A stretch of DNA of 64,000 bases from Schmidtea polychroa (taxonomy: Eukaryota), in contig CM097885.1 of the NCBI GenBank assembly GCA_044892525.1, positions 16,058,001 through 16,122,000 on the forward strand, read 5' to 3'. The translations under genes and the position numbers were made by a program. Under the pieces are notes generated by a model. It searched no databases and was not told where the DNA came from. It was given only the letters and a program-made list of their open reading frames with translations. Below, one piece after another: positions 1-11,820 of the stretch. How positions within the stretch are numbered: position 1 is the first letter of the stretch; each line of letters opens with the position of its first letter.

Positions 1-413
1 CAAAAATATTTTATAAATAGATCTTACGATGTTTTGTCGTCCATTTCTCAAAAACTCAAAGTTGAGTTGTCAGATTCAAAATCCAAATTTTTTTCAGCCA
101 TGAATTTTAATAATTTTAAATTAATGATATGTTAACAGTATGTTAATGACTCTCTACTTTCGGAACAAAAAAAGCTATATTAAATTTGCGTGTATTTTAT
201 ATTATGTGTCCTGTGTTTGTATGTAAAATTATTTTTCTGTCACTTTCTCAATTCCTATAATAAAACTTTCTACATTCGGAACATTAAATTTTTGCACACA
301 GGTAAGTTTGTGTGTTGCTATAATATAATTTTATCGATTTTTTTTTTAGATTATAGAAACTCTTATATTGTGGAAACGGGTGTATTGTTGGTGTGCGCAC
401 ACAGACGCGAGCA

Positions 414-1131
414 ATGGATTGTTGTTTGGAAGTAGGTTTTGATGTAATTTTTTATTGAATTGATTTTTGATGTATTTTAATTAGAAATTCGAGATTTGAA
501 TGGATTGTTTTGTGGTTTAAAAAAGGTAAAATTCTGGAAGGGAGGAAACCAGTTTTGTTTATTGAAATAAGTTTTGGAATCGAAATGTTTGAAGAAGAAG
601 ATGTTGATTACAAATTTATTAAAGCTTATGATGTTCCAAACCAAGATCTTATTTCTTATTTCGATGAAACCCGTGAATTCATTGAAAATGGCAGAAAATT
701 TGGTGGAGTATTGGTTCACTGTCTTGCTGGAAGATCAAGAAGTGGAACTATTTTGACGGCTTATTTAATGAAACATTTTAAAGTTGGTCCAAACGATGCG
801 ATTGAGACAATTAAGGAAAAGTCATTTATATGTCCAAATGATGGATTCATGAAACAATTAAAGATATATTTCAACATGAATTGCAGTGATGAAATCAACA
901 AATGCGCAAATACAGTTTCTCAAGCTCAATTTAAGTTATCAGCATCTTCAAAAGATTTAGTTCAATTCAAATGTAGAAAGTGTCGATTTTTATTATTCGA
1001 CAATTCAAGTGTTGTTGAGCACAGTAAAATGAAAGCTTCGAAAGCAATAAATGAAAGCACAATTTGCAATGAGGAAATACTTATCGAAGCTCTTCCTTGG
1101 ATTGATAGCAGCAATGCAGACGGGGAAATGA
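414..1131 (+). CDS. DUSP12: Dual-specificity phosphatase, DUSP12/YVH1-like; 3' end runs into an N gap and the 5' exon structure is uncertain
   Basis: ORF 510-1131 has the DSP loop VHCLAGRSRSGT followed by FKCRKCRFLLF...H...C, the Zn-binding start of the YVH1/DUSP12 C-terminal domain. Candidate ATG at 414 with a GT-AG intron ending at 484; joining this exon to the main frame needs another splice or a frameshift. Confidence 0.75.
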
Positions 1132-1348
1132 NNNNNNNNNNNNNNNNNNNNNNNNNNNNNNNNNNNNNNNNNNNNNNNNNNNNNNNNNNNNNNNNNNNNN
1201 NNNNNNNNNNNNNNNNNNNNNNNNNNNNNNNNNNNNNNNNNNNNNNNNNNNNNNNNNNNNNNNNNNNNNNNNNNNNNNNNNNNNNNNNNNNNNNNNNNNN
1301 NNNNNNNNNNNNNNNNNNNNNNNNNNNNNNNNNNNNNNNNNNNNNNNN
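1132..1348. other. Assembly gap (N run); others at 40847-40983, 42821-43013 and 43852-44006
   Basis: Runs of N in the sequence. Confidence 1.
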
Positions 1349-1569
1349 TTATATTTTAAACAATTTAAATATTATTTGGAATATTTTATAAGATACAATA
1401 ATATGAGTTATTTCATTTTATTCATATTTGTTTGTGTGCTAAATTTCATCTTTTTACAAAAACATTTTCTCAATAATAAACTATTGTTTAGATTATATTA
1501 TATGAAAGCGAAACAATTTTTTATTTCTCTTTCATCTGTAACAATAAAGTTAATTTCGACCAAATTATA

Positions 1570-1913
1570 TTAATTATTAATTAAAATTATTTTTTTCAAT
1601 TTATTTAATTTGTTCTTTCCATTTGCTATACTCATGGCCTCGATAATGTAAGTTGATGTGATAAAGCTGTATTTATCTTATTAAATTTGCATTCATTTAA
1701 ACAAACTACCTGATGAGACATAAAATGGACAAAATCATTGTACTAAGTACTAGTCCAGCTTGCTGGAATGCTTTAGGCAATGCCAAAGCTCTAGAGCCAA
1801 CGATGAGATTGAATACAAAGATGCATCCGGTCTGTAACAGAAAGAAAACTCTTCATAAAACCAAAAATAAATGATGCGTAACAAACCCATCTGGAATAAG
1901 TGGCTGTCGGCAT
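1570..1913 (-). CDS. TMEM104: TMEM104 (SLC38-like transporter) N-terminal fragment, 3 exons, apparently truncated; absent from the ORF track
   Basis: Exons 1913-1887, 1831-1710 and 1666 onward, joined by GT-AG introns of 55 and 43 nt, translate to MPTATYSRWTGCIFVFNLIVGSRALALPKAFQQAGLVLSTMILSILCLISFITSTYIIEAMSIANG. This matches the TMEM104 N-terminus as I recall it (FNLIVGTGALTMPKAFATAG...FITTTFVIEAMAAAN). Confidence 0.7.
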
Positions 1914-2015
1914 TTCAATTTATTTTTATTTCGAATATTAATCTAGTCTAAAAAATAAATTTTTGTAAAGTCTTCATTAATAAAATCCTGCTGATTTATA
2001 TGAACTTTCTCCGTT

Positions 2016-2256
2016 AAATTTGATGATTTAAACAAAACGGGTAATATAATGATTTAATAAAATTAATTATCTTTTAATAAATAAAATGCAATAATTTGAT
2101 TAAATAAAATTAGTTCTCTATTTCTAAATATTTTCAAATTTGATGATTTAAACAAAACGGGTAATATAATGATTTAATAAAATTAATGATCTTTTAATAA
2201 ATAAAATGCAATAATTTGATTAAATAAAATTAGTTCTTTATTTCTATATATTTTCA
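2016..2256. repeat. Tandem duplication, 120-bp unit x2
   Basis: aaatttgatgatttaaacaaaacgggtaat... starts at 2016 and again at 2136 with few mismatches. Confidence 0.9.
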
Positions 2257-2700
2257 ATTATTTATGAAATTACATAAGTGTTAATTTATTAAATTAAATG
2301 GAAGTAAAAAATATTTTCTGTTTTAAATTAATTTTAAAATATTAAAAAAAAAGAAATCGAAAATTGTTAATCTGTTGTGGAGAAAATAAAATATTTTACG
2401 GATAAATAAAATAGAATAATTAATAAAATAAAATAAGAAAAAATAAATTCTTCATTATTTTCGATATTTTTATTTTTACGATATATTAATTAATAATAAA
2501 AATATTTTTTTTCAGTTTATAAAAATATATTTATTTTTGTAAGAACTTTTTCCAATTTCACCACTGATTATTTTTCCGTTGATTTTATTAAAAAGAGAGC
2601 TTGAAGACTATAAATCAGTAATATATCGATGTTTTTTGATATTCTCGAATTTTCGGCACTGTCTTTTTATGAATTTCTATATTATAGAATTAAAATCGTA

Positions 2701-3090
2701 TTCTTTAACACATGGGAAGACAATGAACAAAAGCATAAGAAAAGTAAATTATGCAAATTAACAAAATATGCTTAGAAATATTTTGAAAAATATACTTTAT
2801 TACAGAAAATTATTTTAATATCGGAAATCAACTGAATAGGAAATATACAGGAATATTTACAGAAAAACCCTCCAAACTCTAGAAAATTCGCAAATTAAAT
2901 TTCCCAACTCAAAAAATTTCCCCAAATTTTTAAAGCTCCTAAAATTAATTTTCGCAAAAAATAACGTAATTTTATATATGGTAAAAATTAGCTTGTAAAT
3001 TTTTTTTTAAAATATTACTTTATTATAGGAAAACAACCGTATAGGAAATATACAAGATTACTACAAGAAAAATTTTCCCAACTCAAATTT
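2701..3090. repeat. Dispersed AT-rich repeat, second copy at about 54748-55130
   Basis: ttctttaacacatggga...agcataagaaaagtaaattatgcaaattaac... is near-identical at both places. Confidence 0.8.
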
Positions 3091-4278
3091 TATAATTTTT
3101 TTATGTAAAAATTTTTAAATATAGATTTCACCACAAAACATGTTGTGTACATTTATTAAAAAAATACAAAGAGCAAATAATTCAACAACAATTGAATTTC
3201 AATTGGTTAATACTAGAGAATTTCAGACTATTAATTCCAGAAAATATCTGAATGTGAATTAAATAAATATTTTTTGACTGTTCACGACAGCGTCAGACTT
3301 GCATTTTGCTGGTTTATTTTTGGGTTCAGCATTATGTTATGCAAGCTTAGGTTTCGGATTGAATTTTATTGGTTAACAAGGAAATATTATTCGACCTATC
3401 AATTTTATCGTCAATGGTAATAAATAAAAAAATTACGGCATTAATTTCTCCCAGAATGGTGTTCTTGTTCCCGTGTTGAGAAATAAAAATTGGATTAAAA
3501 AATATAATTTACAAATTCAAATAAAATCAAATCAAAATCTGTAAATTCAAAACTAACAAATACAAATATATGATAACACAACATAAAGGAATATAAAATT
3601 TTTTCAATATTCCAGAATTTCCTAGACCAAGAGACATTTTTTGGACCAAACCTTATCAATCCGTATCAATTACAGTAATTGAAACAAAAACTTAATAATA
3701 AATTAAAATTTTATATAAATTATACAATTTTTAATTGAATAAATTAAAAAAACAATTTAAAAATAAAAATTATGAATAAAAAATATATAAAACACATCAA
3801 ATCAAAATAGCCTAAAGGTACAAAATGTTTTTATAAATAGTTTTTATATAGTAAATGGCGCCTATGGCAAACACCGATCTTGCGCCCCTACTTACTTTTT
3901 ATTTTCTAAAAAACTAATTTAGAATTGGGTAAAAAAAGCACATAAGTTAAACCTACAGTTGGGTATTTTCCGAGAAAATCACATTCTCGAGATTCGGGAT
4001 TTCCCGAAGCAAATTCTATAGAATTCTCGAGAAGTCGAGAAAATTTAAAAAACCTATAAAAAATTCTAAAATCAATGTAAAATAAAGAAATTCGAAAAAA
4101 ATATGTTTTTTATTTAAGTAAGAAGTAGTAAACAATTAATTAAAGCAATTAAAGTCATAAACAAAACAGAAGTAAAACAAAAATAGTTCAAAACATTATT
4201 AAAATAGAATAGAGTATTAAAACAAAATTAATTCAAAAATATTATTTACTAAAATAAAATTTCAGAAAACATAGACTG

Positions 4279-5263
4279 TCAATGGCTGCGTCTGCAATCG
4301 CGTACGCTTTTGCGAAACAAAAAAGTTGGCTTAATTGTATTAAAAGCCCAGATCAGTCTTTGAACATTTGTTGTTTTCTGTCCACTTTTTTCATATATAT
4401 TTAGTTCCTTTTTAAATATCGGAAAAAGTTCGTTTGACGCATGTTGCGCAATGTTTTCTTTTGGTTTTGAGCATTGCTGGACATAGTTTTCAAGTTGTTT
4501 CGCCATATCTTCTTCTTCAACGCTGTTGTTCACAATCACAGCATCATCGGCAGAATCAGAAACTGCTTGCTCTTCTTGAATGCTTGTAGAAAAAAGACGA
4601 AAGAGGTACGCTTTGGCAGATAAGAAAGATCTGCTAGTTTTCTTTTTAGGCTGGATAGAAACTCGTCGCATAATTCAGTGTGCTGATTCTCCAATTTTGT
4701 GAACAATAGTTTTAGAATAAAATTCGTTGCAAGTAAGTTCACATTTTGGCGGCTGAGAGCTTCGACAGCAACACGAATAAGTTTTAGAGCATTAATGATA
4801 TTCTCACAATGCTTTTCTTCTGCTACAGTAGTTGCCATAACCGTTAAATTGAGCGTGTCGAGTTCCTTACAAACGTGCTTGCTGATGCGAATGAACCTCG
4901 TCAGCATCGATTGAAGGCTGTTCCAACGTGTCTTACAATCCAATAGCAAGATAAGCTCTTTCTGCAAAAGCTCTTTTTGCAAAGTTAAAACTCTTACTCT
5001 GACTCCAAGCGTGTCTTTGACTAACCCACATATACCACTTGACAACAGGAATCTTTATTGATGATCACAAATAATTTTCACTTTACTCTGACAATCAATT
5101 CAACACTCCGCTCAGTGACTATACAATACTTATTGAAACACTCAGTGAAGAATAACACTCGAGTAAAACACCGGATTAAAAGATCCTTAACTACTGATTG
5201 GTTTATCGCCTGGGGCTTTGAGTTGGTTGTTTTCTTTGAGATTCTTTGAGTTTTTTTTATCAT
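4279..5263 (-). pseudogene. hAT (Ac/ZBED-like) transposase remnant, frameshifted
   Basis: LLDCKTRWNSLQSMLTRF is the hAT TRWNS motif; it is followed by pieces in other frames that end in a dimerisation-domain-like tail. Confidence 0.7.
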
Positions 5264-5659
5264 TATCTTTTCTTGTTTGTTTATTTATGATTCTTTCAGT
5301 TTGTTTCACGATTTTTTCTTCTTTCTGTTTTGTTTCTTGACATTTTGATTTTTGTGTCGCTTGTTTTTCTTACCAAAATTTAACCGTTAATTTTAAGGGC
5401 TAAAGGTCAGTGTCAATGTATACCTTGATGTAAATAAATAAATATTACAATATTTGTTTACTATTATCAAGATTTAACTACAAATGGATTAGCATGAATA
5501 ATAATTTTTCAACTTCCTATAATTTCGTAAACATTATATTTATTAAAAAACTTGACCTATTGTGGATAACTCATGGTGCATGTGATGGTGGATGTATAAT
5601 AAATATTAATAATAAATATTAATGATTGTTTCAGCCGATTTTGGATGATTTTTTTTGTA

Positions 5660-5687
5660 TCGCGTCTGTGTGCGCACACAGACGCGA
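5660..5687. promoter_or_regulatory. Perfect 28-bp GC-rich palindrome upstream of the PSMA6-like ORF
   Basis: tcgcgtctgtgtgc|gcacacagacgcga is its own reverse complement. A 21-nt part of this region (5668-5688) recurs at 391-411. Regulatory role is inferred from position only. Confidence 0.5.
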
Positions 5688-5863
5688 GTAATAGGTAATT
5701 TATATTTTATATGTTATAAGTTATGTTTCTGTAGTAATAGATTTAAATCGATCTTTAATTTGTGGAATTTGGTTTTGATGGTTTGTTAATGGAAGAGCAG
5801 GAATCGTTTGTTTGAACTGGTAAATTGTGTAGAAATTTTGGATTTTTGTTTTTTAGTTGAAAC

Positions 5864-6556
5864 ATGGAAGAAAATGAAGGCCTGAAATGTCGTCTTCCAA
5901 TGAGCAATATAGCGAAGATTATTTTCTCACCTGAAGGGAGATCATTCCAAGTCGAATATGCATTTAAGGCAATTGCATTAGATGGATTGCTTTCCGTTGG
6001 TATTCGAGGCAATAATGGTGGTGTAGTAGCTACACAAAGAAAAGTTCCAGATAAAATGATTGAGAAGAGTTCAGCTACAAGATTGTTTAATATTACTGAA
6101 AGTACTGAATGGGTTATGACTGGTATGATCCCTGATTGTCGATCTCAAACATGTCGTGCACAAATGGAAGCAGATCGATTTAAATATAAAAATGGATATG
6201 AAATGCCTTGTGACATAACATGTCGTTGTATCGCGGATATTAATCAGCTCTACACCCAATCGGCTGAGATGCGACCATTAGGTTTATCAATGATAGCATT
6301 ATCTTATGATATTGAAATGGATAAACCGTTATTATTCAAAACTGACTCCAGTGGCTTTGTAACTGGACATCGAGCTGTTGCAGTTGGTGGGAAGCAATTG
6401 GAGGCTAAAAGTTATTTGGAAAAGAAACTACGTAAAAATAGAGCGTGTGAAACTATCAAATACATAAAAATCTTTTTGACGTGTTTTAGACGAAAACAAA
6501 TGATAATAATAACAAATAATAATATTAATAATAATGATAATAATAACAAAAAATAA
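5864..6556 (+). CDS. PSMA6: Proteasome subunit alpha type-6 (alpha1)-like; divergent, no intron in the CDS, C-terminus degenerate
   Basis: IFSPEGR.FQVEYAFKAI, VATQRKVPDK, KYKNGYEMP and IADINQLYTQSAEMRPLG match alpha1. After LEKKLRKN the ORF decays into an (AAT)n tract. Confidence 0.8.
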   Translation: MEENEGLKCRLPMSNIAKIIFSPEGRSFQVEYAFKAIALDGLLSVGIRGNNGGVVATQRKVPDKMIEKSSATRLFNITESTEWVMTGMIPDCRSQTCRAQMEADRFKYKNGYEMPCDITCRCIADINQLYTQSAEMRPLGLSMIALSYDIEMDKPLLFKTDSSGFVTGHRAVAVGGKQLEAKSYLEKKLRKNRACETIKYIKIFLTCFRRKQMIIITNNNINNNDNNNKK

Positions 6557-7029
6557 ATAATAATAATAAGAATAATAATAATAATATAAAACGAAGATTC
6601 CTTGCCAGTAGCATCGATTAAAAATAAAATAATTAATAAATAAAGTTCTAAGATTTCAGTGCAAATTTCATATTTAATAAAAAAATAAATGAGAATTTTC
6701 GACTATGAAATAATCTTATTTAATTGATTGAAAAATAAATAATAAAATTCCACTACTGGTCAATGTAGGCAAGGTGATTGCTCGCCATATATTCTCAGGA
6801 AATGGCCATAGTTTGCCTTTTGATGGACATGAAGGACATTTTGTATCCGGCTATTGCTGGAGGTAATATTTTATATGGATGACACGTGTCAGCTGCCTGA
6901 GAGCCACAGGAATATCCTAGAAGGCCACTATTAGCATAGAAAGGAACTTATTTACTCCTTCACTCACCAATGAGAATGAATAATAATTTAACATTATGCC
7001 ATTTTCGCATCTAATGCTTTACTGATCCA

Positions 7030-7300
7030 TCTCAGCCATGTAGAGGCGCCATTGAAAGCTTGGTCAGACCGCGTGCCAATACTCATGCTCATTGCGGAAA
7101 ATCCAGTCAAATCGCCTTCATTGCCCTCATAAACATTACACAAATGCACTCAGTCTGGGACACATTTCTCGCTATCCGTTCTGAGTAAGCATCCGTTTGT
7201 ACAGCTCCTTTCATGCATGCCATCTGATATGTCAGTGTGGGATCTTGTCTGTGTACAAGTTTCCACACCTTTAAATTGAGGATCTAGAAAGGATAAAATC
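7030..7300. repeat. GC-richer segment duplicated at about 55140-55430; possible relic of a Cys-containing exon on the minus strand
   Basis: Near-identical direct copies. The minus frame after a pyrimidine-rich AG reads PQFKGVETCTQTRSHTDISDGMHERSCTNGCLLRTDSEKCVPD*VHLCN. No family recognised. Confidence 0.5.
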
Positions 7301-7996
7301 AAATTCCTAATAAGTCACGTCACAATGTATCAATGCGTTCGATGAAATAACAAAAAACAATGAAAGATGACCACGACTACTGTTGAATGACATCAGAATG
7401 GTCCTGACAATTGCTCAATGGTGTCCATTAATTGGATTAATATTAAAAAATATAAAACAAATGTTTGATTTTTTGCTGAATCTGCTGTGACCGATTTCTG
7501 TGCCATATTTATGTACATCTATCAAAACATACACTCTCCAGGACATTCACTAGCACAGTGAACTACAATTTGATAGAATCAATTTAATTAAGTGTCAATT
7601 AGGCATTGCATTGATCACAGATTTCATAAAATTATACAAATATTCGTTACAATTTAATTTTTTATTGTGTTAAATCTAATCCAATTTATCAATATTGCTT
7701 TGTGCATTTGATGTTTTATCATTGCAACTATGTCACAATAAAATGTTATAAAATTATAATTTAAATAATTTTGTAATATTTAAAATAAATGAGAAAAAAA
7801 TTAACATTAATAATATTTTGATTTGCGCTAAAAGTTAAAAAACAATATTTATAAAATGTTTGTTTATCTACATCAAAATACAAATTATAAATATTGAAAT
7901 TGTCAACGTCAGACGAAATAATTAATATAATAAGTATGATTTATGATTGTTGTAAAATGTTGAAATATTTTGATAATATTGTTAATTTTAGATAAA

Positions 7997-10018
7997 ATGT
8001 TTGCAATCGTATGGGAAATGATGAAGAGGAATAAATTTGAATTTGATAATGAAATCAGCATTGAATTGATATGCAGAATTTGCAAGTGTTTAATGATAAA
8101 AGCTTGCAATGCTCCTTGCGGTTGTCGCTTTTGTTCTGATTGCATTGAGCAATATTTGGATGGAAAAGATAAATTCTGTCCAGGAGCATCAAAACATTGT
8201 GGAAAGAAAATGATCAATTTCAAAAAAGATGTTTCTGAAGATCATGCAGCCAATTTAAGGATTTCAGAAGTGATAGTGAGATGCCCAATGCAAAATTGTC
8301 AATTCAAAGATGAATTAGAAGTGATGGAAAGCCACATGAGTACATGCACCAAGAACACTGATCAGATCAGTAATATATGCAATGAGATGCAAGCAATGAG
8401 AGATGAGAATGTGACATTGCGTAATGAAATTATCAATATCAATGTAAAATTTTATTTGTAATTAATTTTATTGATATTTGTGATTGTAGGTGACACAGAG
8501 CAATATTGAAAGGAAAGAGGCGGAGAACAAAGGAGAAATAGAAGAATTGAATGAGGAAATGGTGGCATTGAAGAATGCGAACCGCTCATTGAGAATGGAT
8601 ATGGAGACAAATATTGGATCAATCAGTCAAGTTTGATTATTGGTTTGATTTACTATTGATTTGTTATTGACGCAAAGCAGGTCAGACAGCAAATTGAGGC
8701 GATTGAATCAAAATGTCAACAGCAAATTGATGAGATGAGAGAGAAATGCGAACAGCGGCTGCAACAAGGGGATGAAAAGGTGATTTATTGATTTATTGAA
8801 ATATTTGATTTTGAGATTCAGTTGCAGCTTGAAATGGCGAAATGCGCCAATGATATACGGCAGAATGAATCAAAATATCAACATCAAATTGATGAGTTGA
8901 AAGAGAAATGCGAGCAACGTTTGCAACAGGTCAGACTGCAAATTGAGGCGATTGAATCGCCTCAAATGAGAGAAATAATTCAATTGGCATTTTTAATTAT
9001 TATCTTGATGCTCATGGCAGCTCAAATTCGGCAGAATGAAACAAAATGTCAACAGCAAATTGATGAGACGAAAGAGAAATACGAGCAGCAGTTGGAACAG
9101 GGGAATGAAAAGGTGATTTATTGATTTATTGAAATGTTTGAATTTGAGATTCAGTCGCAGCTTGAAATGGCGAAATATGTCAATGAAATTCGGCAGAATG
9201 AATCAAAATATCAACATCAAATTGATGAGATGAAAGAGAAATACGAGCAGCGGTTGCAACAGGGGAATGAAAAGGTGATTTATTGATTTATTGAAATGTT
9301 TGAATTTGAGATTCAGTCGCAGCTTGAAATGGCGAAATATGTCAATGAAATTCGGCAGAATGAATCAAAATATCAACATCAAATTGATGAGATGAAAGAG
9401 AAATACGAGCAGCGGTTGCAACAGGGGAATGAAAAGGTGATTTATTGATTTATTGAAATGTTTGAATTTGAGATTCAGTCGCAGCTTGAAATGGCGAAAA
9501 GCGCCAATGAAATTCGGCAGATTGAAACAAAATTAGCAAATGAAAAATATATAAATTATGGATTTTTTGAATGGCAAATCGATAAATTTTCACAAGAAAA
9601 GAGAAATGAAATTATTTACAGCGAGGCATTTTATTCCGGGCCAATCGGTTACAAAATGTGCTTGTGGGTGGGGACTAGTGGTGATTTGTTTGGGATTTTT
9701 AATTGGGTTAATGTTGGTTTCTGTTTGATGCGTGGGGCAAATGATGAGCAATTGGATTGGCCGTTCAATCAATCCGTGACAATCGATGTGATCGATCCAG
9801 AAAATGGCAACATTTATATGAGCAAGTTTATGAAATATTCAGATCGCCCTCTTGATGCCGGATGGAGGAAACCGTCACAAGACAGAAATGATCCAATTGG
9901 CATTTATTATGAGTATTATGATGTCAGCTCAATCTATAAATTAGCAGCCAAAAGTGATAAATTGCTGCTCAGGTGCAGAATTGAAAAATTCTTACAAATT
10001 AAAAAAACAAATCAATAA
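7997..10018 (+). CDS. TRAF-family protein (RING, TRAF Zn finger, long coiled coil, MATH), 7 exons, about 585 aa
   Basis: Exons 7997-8443, 8490-8630, 8681-8779, 8822-9112, 9155-9274, 9317-9436 and 9479-10018, all joined by phase-0 GT-AG introns of 42-50 nt. RING CRICKCLMIKACNAPCGCRFCSDC; Zn finger VRCPMQNC...HMSTC; MATH FEWQIDKF..YSEAFYSGPIGYKMCL..LMRGANDEQLDWPF. Confidence 0.9.
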
Positions 10019-10974
10019 AAATTGATTTATTTTGGCTTTTGATTTGTTTTATTGTTTGCATTTTTTATTATATTTATTATATGAGATAATTATTGTGGTA
10101 ATTATTGTCATTCTCGCCTTCCATCCGATATCATCATCACTTGGCGGAGCGCTCACAGCAAATTGCCAATTGCAATATCAACATCAATTATATAATTAAA
10201 TAAAAGCAATTTAATTAAATCAAAACATTTAATATAAATTTGAATAATTATTATAATTAAATTAATAATTAATTTGAAAGAAATGAAATTAAAATTCACC
10301 CGAATATAAGCGCTGACAAATCGCCTCAACAAATCAAACGCTCCTATGACGAGTGGAACTGACGAAAAAACCGCCGCTGATGTTATATGAGTTTTGGATA
10401 AATTATTGCTGTACTGAATGGCAGTAAAATGCACCTAAATGCAATACTAACACCGCGTTATATCAAATTGAATTCTTTGAATTTTACTTATTAACAAACA
10501 ACGAAATTTATCTTGAAATCTTGAAATTATAAAAAAGGGGATCATTTAGGAAATTTATAAATGAGGTTTTAAAGTGAAGTTGAGTCCAATACCTAATCTA
10601 CATCAATACCTTGTGGTGATAAGTGACGGTTATGGAGTTTAAGGCGGGGGGGGGTTATTTATAAAATTTATAAATTATAATCTTAAATTAAACGTAAGTT
10701 GAGCATACATAATAAAGTAATTTACATTAGCGAATTTGGTACTTGATTGATGGTCATATTACTTGAGGGGCATAAATGAAATTATAATTTTAAAATTCAA
10801 AATTTTAATTAGACATTTCTAAGAAAACAATTTACATTAATACATTTAGGATGAGATTAGTAGCAGTGGCACTTTAAGAGGTCAAAAATAAAATTTGTAA
10901 ATTAATATTTTAATTCTCAAATACAAGATGAATAAATATATAGATAATCTATATTAGGGAAATTCTTAATAAGT

Positions 10975-11820
10975 AGATGACTCTTAGCAATACACAAAGC
11001 AATCAAACACTTCCAACATTTATTCGAAGGACGAAACTTAAAAATATTCACAGATCACAAACCGCTAACTAACGCAATCATAATAAAGAACCCCTCACCA
11101 AGTCAAATTAGACAATTCAACTTCATTTTACAATTTAACTGCACAATAAACTACGTAGCGGGAAAATAAACATAGCAGCTGACGCTCTATCAAGAAACGA
11201 AAGTGACATAAACTCCCTGGAATTCGAAAACATAATCAAATTGGATCAAATTAAATCCAAACAAAACGAAACAATTAACAAACTTCCCACTAAACACAGT
11301 TTGAAACTACAAGAACTCAACGGAGTATGGCACGACGTCTCCAACAAAAGCAACAAACGAATATTACTTCAGGAGGAATTCCGTGAAAACTGCATCGAAA
11401 AGATACACAAGATTAATCACTCTGGAAACAAAGTAACATTCGAACTAATAAACAACAATTATATATGGCCTAAAATGCGGAAAGACATCAAAAACTACGT
11501 CAAGAGAGTTCACAGCTGCCAGTTAAATAAAACAACAAAAAACTCAAACCTCTAAAAGTAAACTTCCCAAGCAGCGAAGTCTTCTAAACAATACACACAG
11601 ATATTGTAGGACCACTACCACCAAAAGACAACTACAAATACCTGTTGACAATTATAGACAGCAAATCCAACTGGTTCGAAGTAATCCCAATAGAAGAAAT
11701 CACCGCAAAAAATATATGTGAAATGATCGAATTAAATTGAATAGCTTGTTATGGCCAACCGAAAACATTCATAACCGATCAAGACAGACAGTTCGAATCA
11801 GAAATGTTCAAAATACTCTG
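10975..11820 (+). pseudogene. Ty3/gypsy pol relic (RNase H and integrase), multiply disrupted
   Basis: KIFTDHKPL, the HHCC region YIWPKMRKDIKNYVK and IHTDIVGPLP occur in several frames. Confidence 0.75.

Noticed and set aside
7150-7152. In-frame TGA shared by both copies as selenocysteine
   Set aside because: The copies are recent duplicates, so the sharing is uninformative. No SECIS or selenoprotein motif was seen, and the other copy is frameshifted.
10100-10450. Minus-strand exon-like segments downstream of TRAF (also at about 60040-60400)
   Set aside because: They may be 3' exons of a convergent gene, but I found no consistent splice model or recognisable motif; their conservation is explained by the segmental duplication.
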